Below are positions 37,074 to 52,400 of a stretch of 64,000 bases of DNA, piece by piece. How positions within the stretch are numbered: position 1 is the first letter of the stretch; each line of letters starts with the position of its first letter. Source of the stretch: Octopus vulgaris (lineage: Eukaryota); NCBI GenBank assembly GCA_951406725.2, contig OX597832.1, positions 3,348,001 through 3,412,000 of the forward strand, given 5' to 3'. The position numbers were made by a program, and so were the translations under genes. Under the pieces are notes generated by a model. It made no database searches and had not been told where the DNA came from. It was given only the letters and a program-made list of their open reading frames with translations.

Positions 37074-40000
37074 GTATATATATATGTATGTATATGTATA
37101 TATATGTATGTATATGTATATATATGTATATATATGTATGTATATTTATATATATGTATATATATATGTATGTATATGTATATATATGTATATATATGTA
37201 TGTATATTTATATATATGTATATATATATATGTATGTATGTATATGTATGTATGTATATGTATATATATGTATGTATATTTATACATATGTATATATATA
37301 TGTATGTATGTATATGTATGTATGTATATGTATGTATGTATATGTATATATATGTATATATATGTATGTATATGTGTATATGTATATGTATGTATATGTA
37401 TGTATATGTATATATATGTATGTATATGTATATATATGTATGTATATGTATATATATGTATGTATATGTATATATAGGTATGTATATGTATATATATATA
37501 TATGTATATGTATACATATATGTATATATATATATGTATATGTATACATATATGTATATATATATATGTGTGTGTGTATATGTGTATATATGTATATATA
37601 TGTATATATATATATGTATATATGTCTATATATATTTATATATGTCTATATATGTATATATTTGTGTATATATGTATATATACATATGTAAATTTAGATG
37701 TACATGTATATATACATATATATGTCTATATATGTACATATCTGTGTATATATGTATATATACATATGTAAATTTAGATGTACATTTATATATACATATA
37801 TATGTTTATATGTATATATATATATGTATGTATATATGTATGTATACATATATCTATATAATTATGTGTGTGTGTGTGTGTGTGTGTGTAAATTAGAAAA
37901 AAAACCCTTTTATCAATTCAACAATGAAGAAATTTAATCATACCAAATAGGAAAAAATTTCATTCTATAGAAAAAATTAAATATTAGATAAAAACATATA
38001 CCAATGATTAAGTAATGTGTAAAATAATAAATAAAACATCTCGTATTTATTTTACTACAACTTCTACTATAGCCCTAGGGCTATAGTAGAAGATAGTAGC
38101 CCAAGGTGCCACAAAGTGGGACTGAACCCAGAACCATTTGCCTGGGAAGCAAGCTTCTTACCACGCAGCCATGCCTGTGCCTATACATATATACATGCAT
38201 ATATCCACACATACATGTGTGTGTTGTGTTAATATTGATGATAAAGTAACTTATAAAAATTGTAACCATATACACTTAATGTACATTGGGTTATGGTAAG
38301 AAAGCCTACTCCTGCCAAATAAATCCTCATTGTCATCGTCATCATCAATATCATATTACTGCCAATGTTATTTTATCCCAAGCAGCGTCCAGCGTGTTCT
38401 TTCTTTCTTTTTTCTTTTTAAGAGAGAAAGGCCTGAATTAAGGTCGGGAGTTTTGGCAGCTATTTCTCGCAGGTTGCTTGGTTGTTTTATCATGAATTTG
38501 CAGTTAGATAATCCTCTGACTACTACCCATTTTGCCAGAGTTAATCAAGTGCTTATGTGGTTCTACTTTTCCTTGAGTAGAGCATTTTTGGTATCATTGT
38601 CATTCTAATTAGTTGCCACTAAGTATTGTTTGTAGAACTGTATGGTAAGGACACTGGAATATTGAGGCAGGCAGAGAAAGGCAGTGCATGTCAATATAAA
38701 GAAAGGAAGAGATACCAAAAGGGATGTTCATAAAGTGCAAAGAAAATATTTATTCTAATTACTGTTGTTTATACCTTAAGATACTGAGGAATTAATAAAG
38801 CTCCCCCACTCTCTATCTCACACACACACATGTAGCTGTATTTGGAGAAAATATGACAATGCTCTAGTTTTCTTTAAGTTATTCTCATATCTCCTTAGCT
38901 AAAATTGCATCCTAATTTCTGGAGTCTCTCTCAAGAGGAGCAAAATACTTTATCACCCAACAGTTGCTAACTCACAGCAAGGTTCACTACTGCTTCTACA
39001 ACTGGAACAGTACTGCTGTTTCTATGCAGCGATATCTCAGATCACATGATAGAGAAAATCTTCACATGCAGTCATTCACCAATACACTACAGCCTCTGAC
39101 CTACAGATGTGCTGTCTCCTCCTTACTTCTTAGATCATCATTTTTCTGGAAATTTCTCCCTGCCCATGTTTTCCTTCAGTCATCAACTTCCAGTTGTTAG
39201 AAGAGGCACATGAAAGCTGATTACTTGGTTGTGATGGTATATCATCTAGGTATTAAATTTTGCATAACATTATATGATTGCCAAACTTTGATTGCTAAAT
39301 GTTTAGTTCTGTTTGTAGATTAGAGATGGAATATAAGAAAGTTGTGTTGTTAACACTTCTATTGACATCAGCCACTGGGTTGGAATCAGCTCTTGTTATT
39401 GTGTGACACTGTATAAAAAAAGTAAGAACTCTGTGATTCCTTCTTACTGGAATAGCAACTGTTACTGATATCCTTTCATCTACTAACAAGGTGTGGAAAC
39501 CTCAATGAAAGTAGACAATAATTTATGGTTACAAATACAATTACAAAAAAAATGTGTCAAACTGAAACGCTGTTGTATTTTTCAATCATGTTTCAAAGAA
39601 AATGCATCCCCCGTGTGTGTGTGTGTGTGAGAGAGAGAACTCTCATGAACATTACAGAATATTTAGTATGGTGAGGTTGATGCTAGAACTTTGGTAGTTT
39701 GATGCCCGAAGAAAACATGAATTGAAGGAAGAATGATTAGGAAAAAGTGTGTATTGCACACAGTTTGTGAATAGCAAAGAAAAGATGACAGTATTAGATG
39801 AAATTTAACAGAAGTGGATGGTATACAGAGAAATAATTTCAAGGAACAGAAACTGTTGAAGGAAGAGGATGCAAGGAGAAGAAACAAGACATTTATGTAT
39901 TAGTGGTCGTATCATGATAGTGGGTGTCTCTTTGTCTATCAACCAGATGACCTTCATTGGTTGCAGTTCAACATGCTTCTGTGTGCAGTGTCCGTAACAG

Positions 40001-40490
40001 ATAAGTGAGCTTATGTGGTCTTAAACTTTGTAAAGAGTCAACAACTAATTAGGGCTAAAGTATTTTCTAGCACTTTTGCATGCAGATTTGCTGTGTTACA
40101 TATCTGAAGTTGTCATGGGAAATAGTTTCCTATATATGTGTATTGGTTTTGTTTTGGCACTGGTGAAAAAATCTAGGTTGTTATGTTTCATGGAAGTGTG
40201 GTGAGGGATGCTTAAGTTAAATGAGAATCACAACTGTATGCAGAAGGTTACTGAGTAGTGAATAATGGTGGTATCTGCACAGCAGTGTGTGGTTAGAAGA
40301 TAACAGTGAGAGGTCATTAATAAGTACTAGACTACTCATGACCCGTTGGATCACCGGGGAAGTCTGAGTTTCCCAGCAATGGAGTTTTGTTTTGTGGGTT
40401 TTTTTGTTCTTTTCCATGTTATTTCGCATGTTTTCAACAAATGTGACATCAAAATCAAGCGTAAATGTCTCCTTGTCCCAGAAAAGGAAA

Positions 40491-40593
40491 GATTTGGCTG
40501 CTATTTCTTGCACGCCCTGCTACTACGTAGCAAGTATTTATCGCAAATCGCTGTTACGTGGTAGCAGGATGTGCTTGAAATAGCATCCAAATC
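40491..40593. repeat. Imperfect palindrome of the dispersed GATTTGGCTGCTATTTC repeat motif (MITE-like)
   Basis: Arms of about 43 bp are reverse-complementary; the motif recurs near 38453 and 60160. Confidence 0.6.
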
Positions 40594-41075
40594 ATTTGAG
40601 GTGAGATACATTGAATGCACTTGAAAGAAGCCTATGGAAAAAATTATTTAACACTGAGGTTAAAAACAGGTCTTTTACAAAATATTTATCGTATTTTTAA
40701 AATCATTTTCACTAAAAAATATTTGGCCTATCATAATGTGTCTAATGGAAAGATTAGAGTATCTTCTCTTTCAGGGTGAAGATATTTTTGGAGTATTTTC
40801 CCATTATACACCGTTTTGGGTATTTATATCCCCAAACCCAAAATATCTCAATAACTACTGGTCCAATTTACACGAAACTTGTTTTATTCCATTTGTATTC
40901 ACATTTCAGGGGCACTTTACTTTCAAAGCATTTTCCTATTATGCACTAGTTTCGCTGTGTAACATTGCAAGCGAGCAAGCAAGATTGAACTTCACTTTTA
41001 ATAGTATACAGATAAAGCAAAGTGTGCAAAAGATTTAACTGAACCATGAGGTATAGGAGAGTTAGTGAAATGTAT

Positions 41076-41127
<52 letters not shown>

Positions 41128-43760
41128 GGGGAGCGAGAGAAAGCACTGTTCAGACTGTTAAAGATCTGAGAGATGAGAGATGAATGGAAATCAGAGATTA
41201 GAAGTAAGCATCTTAGGAAGATCTCCAGCCAGTTATAAAATGAAAGTTTTGTTGAGAGTAGTCACAAATTCAAGGGAGTAGAAGTACTGTTGGAGAGTAA
41301 TGAAAGGAACACTGTTAGAGTTGTTGATTGCCTTGTTAGTTTTTATGGTTTCAAGTGACTTGAAATGTTTTTACATTTGGAAACTGTATGTGAAGAAAAG
41401 ATGGTTGGAATGGAAATGAAATTTAGGTAGAATACGAGAAAGCAGTGGTTTTACCAGCAGGAGCAATACAGATTCATCATGATTCAAAACTGATGGGCCA
41501 GAGAGATCTGCTAAGTTATTGATGTGACTTACAATGTATTAGTCATTCCAGTTGCAGTTTGACATAGAGACTTTGGAAGGCATCCAAGCATGCTTTACTG
41601 TTGTGATAGTTATCATATGTGTCAAGATCTTTGGTAAATGCTTTTAGTTGATGAAGGAAGTTATCTATTTCTTACGTTGTTGGCAATGGAACAGGCAGCT
41701 GGAACACACCTGTGTGTGAACCACTTGGAAATTACTAAGTTGAGGTTTTTAACCCCCAGCTTTAAAGCAATATGTCTCTGTTCAGAGATTTTATTAATTG
41801 AAATAATAACTATCATAATCTGCACATATTTACCTAAAATGAAACAAAACAAAATACTATTTATTGTGATTGTATGTAATTCTGGAATCCTGGTGCTGTT
41901 GAGTTCTTTGAAAGCATTTTGAGCTGCTGCTCAATAGTTAAAGAGCATTCTTGAGATAAGTTATCAAATACTTGTAAAAAGTGGTAGATGGTTGCTGAGA
42001 GGTCTAGGGAATAAGTTGAATGAGATTGTTTCTTAGCTCATGTCATTCAATTTCTGATGTAAGATCAGGTTTTTATGAAAGAGAATAATTGGAACTTTTC
42101 AACTGACAGCATAAACGTTACAGTTCTTGGTGTATTTTATCAATTTCTTCACAATACGTCTCTGCTGTGATGGTTTTGTGAAGATTCAATATACATCAGA
42201 GCATTATTCCACTTTCTGGCCACCAAACACTGAGCATAACTTTCTTTTTTATGCTGCATCAATTTTAGTGTTTCACCCTATTCTGTTACTTTCAAGAAGA
42301 CTTCTGGTTGTCATACAGAACCTGTTCATTTTCCCATCCCAATACAATCAAGAAATGGATAGGCTTTATTATGTTAAAAAAAGCACAAAGCACATTCTGT
42401 AATAGTGTAGATTTTTGTTTGGTTCATACAACACTGAACTGCTTAACCTTTTTGACAAAATAATGCAAATAATAAATATCTGCTGAATAGTCAACATTTA
42501 GTTCTCATACAATGTTCTGAGTTGTTTTGTATAGTCCCACTCCAACAATGACCTTTAATCAGTCAATGCCAAATGGTGAAGGTCTTTTACAACCTTAACT
42601 TTCAAGGTTTCACCTGTGCTATGAAATTCATGGAACCAATGTTGAGCTATATGTTGATGGTCTCCTAGCAAAAGGCTTGGCTGATACTGTAAGCGTTTTT
42701 GTTGCTTTGCATTCCATTTTGAACTCATATAATTAAATCACTCGAATTTTCTATTTTCCATCTTTAATTTGATGGTGGAAACCGGACCAATAGCATGAAT
42801 TAATAGACTGAAGACTGCACTTAAAAATGGTATGAGTAAACATACTTGAAGAAATATTTGTTCCAGAATAAGCATAAAAGTTTAAAATAACTAAAACTCA
42901 CCAATATAAGAGTTGTATGAGGGATGTGAAAGAACATACTTAAGAGTGAGTATCGTATCAGTCATCCACTTAACTATAAAGGAGGCATAAAACCTATATA
43001 CTTTTGTAATTCAACAGTTGGAAGATGTTTAATATCCCATTACTAGAATAGACAAGTAAAAATGCCATTGTTAGTGGATGATTTTGACTTTTTAAAAAAA
43101 TGTACAGTTAAATTATACATACAAAGTTTTCCTCAAAGGAAATGCTTTGTGGTGGTTTTGCAACATTAGTGGTTGATAGAAGCTGGATATTACGAATCAG
43201 TCCAAACTTTAACAAAACTATAGCTGAGAATTTGAGAATATGCATTTGAAAAATAGTTAAATTCTGTTCAAGGAACAATCTGAAAACTGAACAACTTGCA
43301 TTCTCATCATGCAATCTATCATACTTGCAACACTCAGTCTTGGATTACTGATGTAATCCAAGACTAAGTAAAATGAATATGATGGATTGTAAGGTTTACT
43401 TTATATCTGTCAATGATTTGAAATTTCACTCAATATTTTAACAGCCAATACAATAACATTAAGGTCTGAAATATAGTTTAGTTTCTCCAGTTTGGTGGTT
43501 CTCTTATATTGCTTTATATTTTCAAATAGAAAATTTTAATTTCATTTGCTCAAGCCACAATTTTATATTTGGTTTATGCTTTTATTGGCCTCAGTGACTG
43601 GACTGTGGCCACCGTGAGGCATCACCTTCAAAGATTTTAGTAAATCATATCAATTCTAGCATTTATTTCAGTCTGATACTTATTTTATCAATCTCTATTT
43701 ATCAAATAGCTAAGTTATTTTTTAATGTAAAAGGAAATAAGTTAACATTTAAACTGGTAA

Positions 43761-43800
<40 letters not shown>

Positions 43801-44020
43801 AAGAGTTTAAAAAGATGGGACGAGAAAATGAGGTGTCTTGATAAAGAATTGCAAACTCAATGCAAAACCAGCACCAGGACAAGACCAAGTGCCTTCAAAT
43901 GCAGTCATTGCAGCAGTTAGCACTGTTGATCTCATCTGGGTTTACTATAAGCAAAACAGATGTTACTTTGCCAAGAAGACTGAAATAAGATATGCCAAGT
44001 GCAGATTCATTGTTTTGCAA

Positions 44021-44064
<44 letters not shown>

Positions 44065-44657
44065 TGGTGGTGGCAGTGGATCCTCATTGCTCATAAATGA
44101 GGATTTTGTTGTTCAAACTTGCTTCTGAATTGATGTGTAAATAGCTGAGTATTCCACAAACACACGTGTACTCTTAATGTAATTCTCAGGCAGAACCAGT
44201 GCAGTGTGGCTGAATGGTTAAGAAGTTCACTTCACAATCATGTGGACCTGGGTTTGACATCACTGCATGGTATCTTTGGCTCATGTAATTCTTTTTCATA
44301 GCCTTGAGTTGACCCATAATTAGGTAGATGACAACTGAATGGAAGTCTATCAGGTGTAGTATACCTTATTGAGCCTATTGTATTATCATCATTTTAATGT
44401 CTACTTTTCCATGCTTACATGGGTCAGAAAGAGTTTGTCAAGATGAATTATTTTCCACAGTTGTCTGTCCTTCCTATTATCAATCCATGGCCAAACATGT
44501 TTCCACAGAAGATTAGAAACAAATGACACCACTTGTATAACAGTGATGCAAGTTTGCAACTTTTGCACAATATCAAGTCATAAAGATACAAACACATACA
44601 CATTATACATTTAGTTTTGTGGATATATATATGAATATACACACACACATACATACA

Positions 44658-44692
<35 letters not shown>

Positions 44693-44958
44693 GTATGCAT
44701 ATAATATGATTGTGTGTGTGTGTGTGTGATTATGTGTCTTTGTATCCCACCACCACTTGACAATCAGTATTAGTGAGTTTACATTCATTCACTTAGCAGT
44801 TCAACAAAAAAGAAAAAAATGGAATAAGTAAGTACCAAGCATAAAAAGTAAAGTACTGAGGTTCATTTGTATGACTAAAATTTGTCAAGGTGGTAGCCCA
44901 GCATGGCTGCAATCTAATGACTGAAACAACTAACAGATAAAAGATACATACACACTCC

Positions 44959-45425
44959 GATGCAAATAAATATGTTTGGGCTTGATATATAAGTCATACA
45001 TATATAAACATGTACATATATATGCCCTTAAATTCCCTGCATTATGATCTGAAATGCCAATCTCTCCACCCTGAACACAGAGGCTGGATTTGCAGCAATG
45101 TTTATATGCATCCACTACTGGTTGCATATTCTTGACTTTTTTGCACACTCCATCTGCCAACATTACAACTATTATGTAATTCTGAGCCCTCCAGAAACAG
45201 CTGTTGGTCCTGAAATAACATGCCTTGTCCCTTTAGTTTTCTGTATCTTTTGTACTTAATGTACATCTTTTCTATAAATATATAAATATCTATATACTTA
45301 TACATGAACGTTCATCTGAATATTTTCACTTTTGCTTCTCTCTATATGTATCCCTTTATACATTTACATGTATATATGTATGTACAGTTTATATATCAAG
45401 CCCAGGAAGTTTATTTATTTGCATC
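44959..45425 (+). mobile_element. Inverted-repeat-bounded element with a decayed hammerhead
   Basis: Terminal arms GATGCAAATAAATA..GGGCTTGATATATAA inverted; internal ACC-CTGAACA...GAAAC-agct-GTT-GGT at 45068-45208. Confidence 0.6.
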
Positions 45426-45636
45426 ATTATCTCCATATCAACTCATCTGGATTCCTCTTATAGCCGCTCTTTACACCATAGGCTTACTCGTAATCCTGGA
45501 AAAAAATTTTATAGAGTAAGTTTAAATCATTTGACCACCACTAAGTGTTTTCCATATTGAGCATGCCTAGATTTCAATATTGACTACATACATACATACA
45601 TACATACATACATACATACATACATACATACATACA

Positions 45637-45666
<30 letters not shown>

Positions 45667-45667
<1 letters not shown>

Positions 45668-46082
45668 CATCATCATCATCATTTAACGTCCGTTTTCCAT
45701 GCTGGTATGGTTTGGATTATTTGACAAGTCTTGGCCAGACTCTGATTGTCTGTTTAGGCATGGTTTCTATGGCTGGATGCCCTTCCTAATGCCAACCACT
45801 TTACAAAGCATGCTGGATGCCTTCTACGTGCTCCTGGCATGTGTGCATTTATGCAGCACGGGCATAACTGCATTTTACATGGCACCAGCATGAGTGGATT
45901 TTGCATGGTACCAGCACCTGCAAAAGACACGTTTGTATACATAGAGTCATGGATGACTGTAATTTTACTTAATTTGACATATCTACTCAAGTACAGCATA
46001 TTGTAACATCTCCCAGTCCCTTGTCATTTCCTCTGTGAGGCTGAGCATCTGAAGATCCTTCTTAATCACTTCATCATATGTC
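45667..46082 (-). mobile_element. Degenerate RTE 3' region
   Basis: (CAT)nTTAACGTCCGTTTTCCATGC and GCTGGATGCCCTTCCTAATGCC. Confidence 0.75.
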
Positions 46083-47799
46083 AAAGTTGTGAGAAAGGAT
46101 TTTTATACATACATACACATATATGTACATATATATCTATATACATGTGTACACACACACATACACACAAATTATTGGTTGTCCTAAGGCTACAGTAAAA
46201 AGCAAATGCCCCAGATGCAGTGCAGTGAGAAAAAACCCTAGATCCTTGTGGCTGCAAAGCTAATTTCTTTTCCAATGCCGTGGCCATTCCTGCACCTATA
46301 GAAGTACCTTAACTTTCATTTTTATATGCAAATCATCCTTTAATTGCACTGGATGAAGACCAGAGTTGTTTGTAGGCATTTTTTCCATACGTGCCATTTG
46401 ATATGATATCTGGATCTGATTTAGTTCTTGTAAAGACTGGTCTGTAACATTCCATTCTGTGATAAATTAATTAGATTCTGACATCCACCACTTGAAGTTA
46501 AAATATAGAGATAGGAATATTAGCTTAGAGATAGAGCATGAGAGATTTGTTAAACTACTACAGGAGGATGGGGTAGTCCATAGCAAAAAGAAAATTGTAT
46601 TGATTTTCTAAACTGTCAATGAAGAATTACAAACATCTAATTTATTCTAATAAATATCCAAAATATAACTATTCCTCTTCTTACAATTAAAAAAAAAAGC
46701 ATGAATACTAAAGCCTTTTTATAAAGACTTTCCCAGAAATTCTCCCACAACCATATCTCAAGCAAATATATCTTCTAAATGTTCTTAATTTTTTTATTTT
46801 TTGTGGAGGGGGTTCTTTAGTAAATTTTTTCTAACATAATTTTTTTTTTCACAATCATGATAATTCTGAAATGGCTGACGTAAGTTTTATTTAGATAAGA
46901 AATTTACAAGTTATTTATTTCAGGTCCTTTGCTTAATCTTATTTTGTGACTTCTCTTTAGTAGGTAACCTTTTGAATTGTTTATACAATGGTTGTTTGTG
47001 TAAGCAGCAGTCAGTGAGGAAGATGTATGTGGTAAACTGATAGCTTTAGAATGGCCCAACTTACTTTATGATGAGTCAGCATCAGCTTAAATTCTTGAGG
47101 CTAAAATGTAGTATAGTAATATTTAAATAAAACATTTCTTCAGTTGTCTATACATGCATCTTTACATTCTCTGAATCTCCTCACCATGGTTTCAATATTC
47201 TGAGAACTTATCTTATAATTATGAATTAAAATACGTATTAGAAATTACTTTGCTAAAATATCTAAAAAAGCAATTTAGAAATACATGCCCCTTCTGCATC
47301 AAGAACATATAGTTAAGTTTGAGCTCACATATGTAATGCAATGAGTCCAAAAAAGTTTTTTAATCAATTGTGGTTACATCTGCAAGGTAAAGAGGATTTG
47401 TTAGTGTTAGTGACTTCTTGTCAGAAAATGCAAAGGAAACAACTCAGAAATTCAAATCTATTGAATAGAAGCATGCAGTGGTGGTCGGTGCATAAGTACT
47501 GTAACAGCTTCAGACATGTTTCAGTATTATTAGACCTCCTCGGTAATGCAAATCCTTACACATACTTAGCAGATCTAAGGATGACTAAGTGAAAAACTAT
47601 TCACTGATTAGGTAAATTTAAAATAATTTTGTATGAAAAATTTCCCTCCACATTAAGAATATAGACCTAAAGTGTGAGCTAATCTATTAATCTGGTGAAT
47701 CAAACAGAATTTCTAATCAAATGAAAATACACCTATAACAAGAGAAATTTTTAATTATTTAAAAATATTTTCTGATTAGTCAGATTACTCTTCATCTTT

Positions 47800-49480
47800 C
47801 TAATACTGTTTTGGCGATGTGAGATCATCAGAAATTATGAGGTATTATATTTTAGGCATTATTGAGAGATTTAGTTGGGTATCCCTCATGCAAAGGATAA
47901 ATGTAATGCAAAAGCAACATCTGTGTAATGATGTGTCATGGTGCTTTTGAAAGAAATTATATTGTCATGTCTGATTGGAGGATATTTGTGCAGGCTCTGT
48001 GCATGGGATAAGGTTTTTAGAGTACATGTGGAGGGTGCTGGTGTGTGGAAAATTAAGGAAGTTACAGTGATAGGTAGTTAATTTGCAGAAGTGTGTGGAA
48101 GACAGTTAGACTCTAATAGTCAGAAATAATAGAATATATATTGAAGAAAGCACTGTCAGTGATTGCTGTGTTAGAGTAATGTACATGAAGTTTCTGACCC
48201 CAGAAATGAGAAACAGATGGTGGACGTAGGTGGTAAACTTAGGAGGTTTGCATGCCAGACATGATCAAAGGCTTTGCTGGTGGCAAAGATAACAACATTG
48301 CTTTCACTGAAGTTCTCAAGAAAGAAAAACCACAACTAAATAAGAAGTAGGAGGGTAAGATTTAATTATCTGACTTTATGAAAACCGTTTTGATGGTCAG
48401 TGAGATGGGAAAAGTATGAAGGAAATGAAAAAGAAGATTGCTTATGACTATTTCCTTATCTTTAGATGGTTAGAAGTGAATACAAAGGAATGCATTGACA
48501 TTTCTCACAATTAGGATACATGGTTGTATATTTCTATGGGTTGGTATTCTAGGAGAGAGAAATATTGAAGAGTTTATGAAGATAGGGGTTGTCTCAAAAG
48601 AGTAATATAAGATCATTGTCAGGATTGGTTAACTTTTTGGGTTCGTTGGTCTTGCTGATAAGGAGGAATTTTCCTACTTGGCAATAGTGTGCATGTGATG
48701 GAAACAGGGAGGTGCAAAGAAAATTTGGGAAGAGTTTTATGTGCAGTGGGAAAGGGAAAATAAAACAAAGTGAGATTTTTCCTTATCAGTCAGTGATACT
48801 TATAGGTTATATTTGTTAATGAGTGATAGATAAGAGAACTCTGCAAAGAGAGATCCTCTTGGCAAGATATTAGTTGGTTCAAATTCAATTTATAAAGAAA
48901 CAGAGTATAAATACTGTGTGAAGCATGGAAGCATCTTTTGTTTTTATGATGGTGTTGAGCATGTCTCTCAATTGTGAGTAAATACTTCATAGTTGGTGAT
49001 GATGAGCTACGTCATGTGTTGTAGGAAATTTTCTTTTTCTGTACTGTAAAAGCAAATCTGTGAGTGAACCACTTAAGGGATGCATGCTTTGGTTGAGTGA
49101 GAAGCATAGCGAGACATTTCTAGGGTGATGGTATTTGTCATCCACTTAGCTGATTTCACCAAGAATGATGACTTCAGAAAGAGGTGAATTAGTATGGATG
49201 TATTAATATAGAATAAGATTTAATAATTGACTACTGGTGATTGGAAAAGTTTGAGTAGCTGTACTTAGAGAAATGGGGAAGAGAGACCTTGAGCCAAAGT
49301 AACAAGGAAGTGTTTGCTATTGGTGGTGAAAGAGGTGAGCGGTGGAGACAATTGTTCTATGTAAGTGCAGACACCAATTTTAGGAAGGAAGATGGAATAT
49401 AGAATGTAGCCTGGAATGCAGAAGTTGGTTAGATATAGGGGATGTAAGGTTTGTGTCTCAGAATGAAATAAAAGTGTGTG
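47800..49480 (-). pseudogene. Old, heavily decayed LINE ORF2 relic (APE endonuclease region)
   Basis: Minus-strand remnants LWLKVSLP and SEVIILGE (compare IILGDFN); purine-rich plus strand; boundaries approximate. Confidence 0.35.
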
Positions 49481-52400
49481 ATTTGTATGTTAGTAGGAGA
49501 CAGTGAGTAGATCAACATCAAACTAAAAGCCTGTGATATTAGTTTAGATGATATTTATGCAGAAGAATTGTTTAGTAGTAGCTATGTGATAAGATGAATG
49601 TTGGTTGGGAAAAGGAAGAGCAATGAGAAGGTGATGTAATTTGGGTCACATGATAACGATGTGGATGATGATGATGATTATTATCATACTGGTTTAGTTA
49701 TCTTAAAACCAGAGAATGTGCTTACCATGAGATGTACTACAGTAGCTATATTGCTGGTTTGATCAGGTTTTATGGTGTGTGCTAATCTTAAATTAAAAAT
49801 AAATGGAATCAGTAAAAGATTTTAAGAATGTTCTTATGTCAGGAAAATGTTACAACATAGAACTCTAGGAATATATTTTTAATTCTGTAGAGCGATTTTG
49901 GGATTAAAACTCTAGGTTACAGCTTCTGTTTAACTAGGTTTTATCATACTTGTAGTTAGAATAATCTCTAGAATATAGTTTTGAAAATTTTGGTATTTGC
50001 AGAAAATTATACAACATCCACTGCATTAATTCTATATAAGAAAGTATTACTTGCAATTTGTTGTAAAATACCATGTGAGAACATAAAAATTCATACTGGA
50101 AGGATTGTTAAGGTTATATTAAACTGTCTGACTGAGTGTACATACACGGTTCTCATTAGACACTAGCTGATGAGACCTAATTAAGTTTAATGCTTCGGTT
50201 GTCAGATACCCATGTGCTTTCTAAGAATTAAGCGCCAAATTGTTTTAGGCAAAAGCAAGAAATAATTTCTTACACAGAATCAGTTCATTGTTTAGACATA
50301 TACAAAAATGCATCCGCATGCATCACACACACACACACACACACACAAAGAAAAAGTGACTGAATTTATTCAGAATTTTTGAAACTAATTTGTTGCAAAA
50401 TTTATTTAAAGAAGAAAGTACCATATGAAAGGATGCAGGTTAAGGATAGAGTATGGAAGATTGAGATTTTGATTGAATCTATAAAGTTATGAGATGTGTG
50501 ATTGTTATTAAGTAGATAATTATCTAGACTACTAGTATGTTATATTGATTCCAACAAGGTTGGTATCCATTTAGATGTCTTATTACCAAATACGTGCATT
50601 CATTTTACAAGTTGAATAATATTATTACACTTCACTTAAATTAAAGCTTTTTAGTTTGTTTTGAGTCTTGGATGAATGTGTATATATTCCCTAAGTTATA
50701 TGTGCCTCTCTAAATTAAAGAGAACATGTGACCCAGTTGTATCTAGATTAATGAAGATTAAAGAACTAAAATACCAAGACAGTGCATATGTTTATGGGTA
50801 AATTGTAAATAAATTTACAATATGTATTTAAATCTTTATAAATGTACATCCAGCTTCAGTGCATAGAACAGACACTGTGGTTAAAACACAGGACTCTCTC
50901 TGCAGGATGAGTCTGATAACAGCTCAGCTAGTTTCAACTAGCTATTGTTGTCTCATCCACTGCACAAGATCAAGAAAAAGTTTAGAGCTACTTAGACCTT
51001 TAAAGAAAATTTTACTCATTTACATATCAGTAAATGTACTGAATACGTAAATGAATAGAATTAGCTCCTGTTACTTTCCACATTTTTCTTATGTAATTCT
51101 CATTATATATAAATTTGTAATAAGTTCTAAGTGGCTTTCTTTCTCTGTATGATGATCTTGAGAAGGTCTTGTTGACAAAATGGCAATAATCAACTGACTG
51201 AAACTAAACAATCTGTTCCCAGATTTATCCTTCGGAAAGATCCCTGTGCTTTAACCATACACAGCAAAGCTAAACGCATGTTTATTTAATGTACATATGT
51301 AAACTAATTTATCTAATGAAGATATTTAAAAAAAATGCTAATTTACCAATTACTTGTTGGTGATTATATGCTATTTCATATCAACTTAGCTAAATCAAAT
51401 ATGTTTAAATAAATAAATTTATTATTAATTATTATTATTTGTATGTTTCTTTATCACAGTAAGAAAACAAATTAAATATAGAATAAAGAGTATATTATTG
51501 TATTTGGTCATATGAATCAATCAAATCAGAAGAGAAACCACTAAACCAAAGAAATTTTTTAATGAATTTATTTATATTGCCATAAATGAATTTCTTCCTT
51601 TTTTGACCTTAAATATTTTTAATGCAATGTACTGGAGTTGCTGTCATTGGTTTATAATTTTGAGGAGCTCTTGTATCTCTGGTCAGATGTTAAGTGAGGA
51701 CTCTTTGGTAGAAAATTATCTTTCTAATGATTTGCTCTAGTTCTTTTATTCTCTTCTTTTACTAGTAACTACATCATGTACATTACAGCTGTCACATAAA
51801 TCATATGTATTTTAGCACTAAATACATTACTAAATACTTTGGTGAGTAATTTGAAACAGGGTTTACATTTTCACATTTTACCTGGGTCTATAACTATTTG
51901 AGCACAGACCTAGTGGTATTAGCCTCTGTACTTTCTCTCCAAAGAAGTATAACTGTCCTATTCAACTCACTGTAATTTATTTTTTCCAAAACACTTTTAT
52001 ATATGTTTGGAATGTAACCTAACAGAAGGTTGTAACTAATGGTAGATAGGTTTAATTTAGGAATACTTTAAAACAAGCAGGTTTATATCAACGGATGAGG
52101 CAGTTTCAGGCAGTTTGGATTCAAAGGGTCAAATATTCAGAAATCTATATGAAGAAAACCTCATAATATTTCTTTCATTTTTTGCGATTTTCCACTGAAA
52201 TTCCTGGTGTTGAAACATTATTGTTCCATAAACTCATTCCTAATTGTCAAGTGAAGCAATGGCAGAACAATAAAGCATCAATCAGTGAAAATTCTTCATG
52301 TATTTAATTAGATCTCTTTATATTCTGGTTTCAAATCCTGTCAGTCTTAATTATGTCTTCTACCTAGCAGGACATAAATCAAGTACCAGTCATATACTGT

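Larger units (their letters stand above)
27904..37889. repeat. ~10-kb compound TA/TATG/TAC-variant microsatellite field interrupted by retroelements
   Basis: Blocks at 27904-29158, 31930-32998, 33158-34171, 34476-35513, 35806-36581 and 36826-37889. Confidence 0.95.

Noticed and set aside
27881-37896. Many long ORFs rich in I/Y/M/C/V/H/T (up to 434 aa), and similar ORFs elsewhere
   Set aside because: They are translations of TA/TG/CA microsatellites, which lack stop codons
41160-42000. Possible old LINE RT relic on the minus strand
   Set aside because: Only vague motif resemblance; too decayed to assign without alignment
47797-47835. Minus-strand CTGATGA...AAAAC motif
   Set aside because: No stem II and no valid cleavage triplet
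50165-50220. CTGATGA-GAC..GTC-aGATAC-ccat-GTG
   Set aside because: Several core deviations and only a 2-bp stem I; indistinguishable from chance
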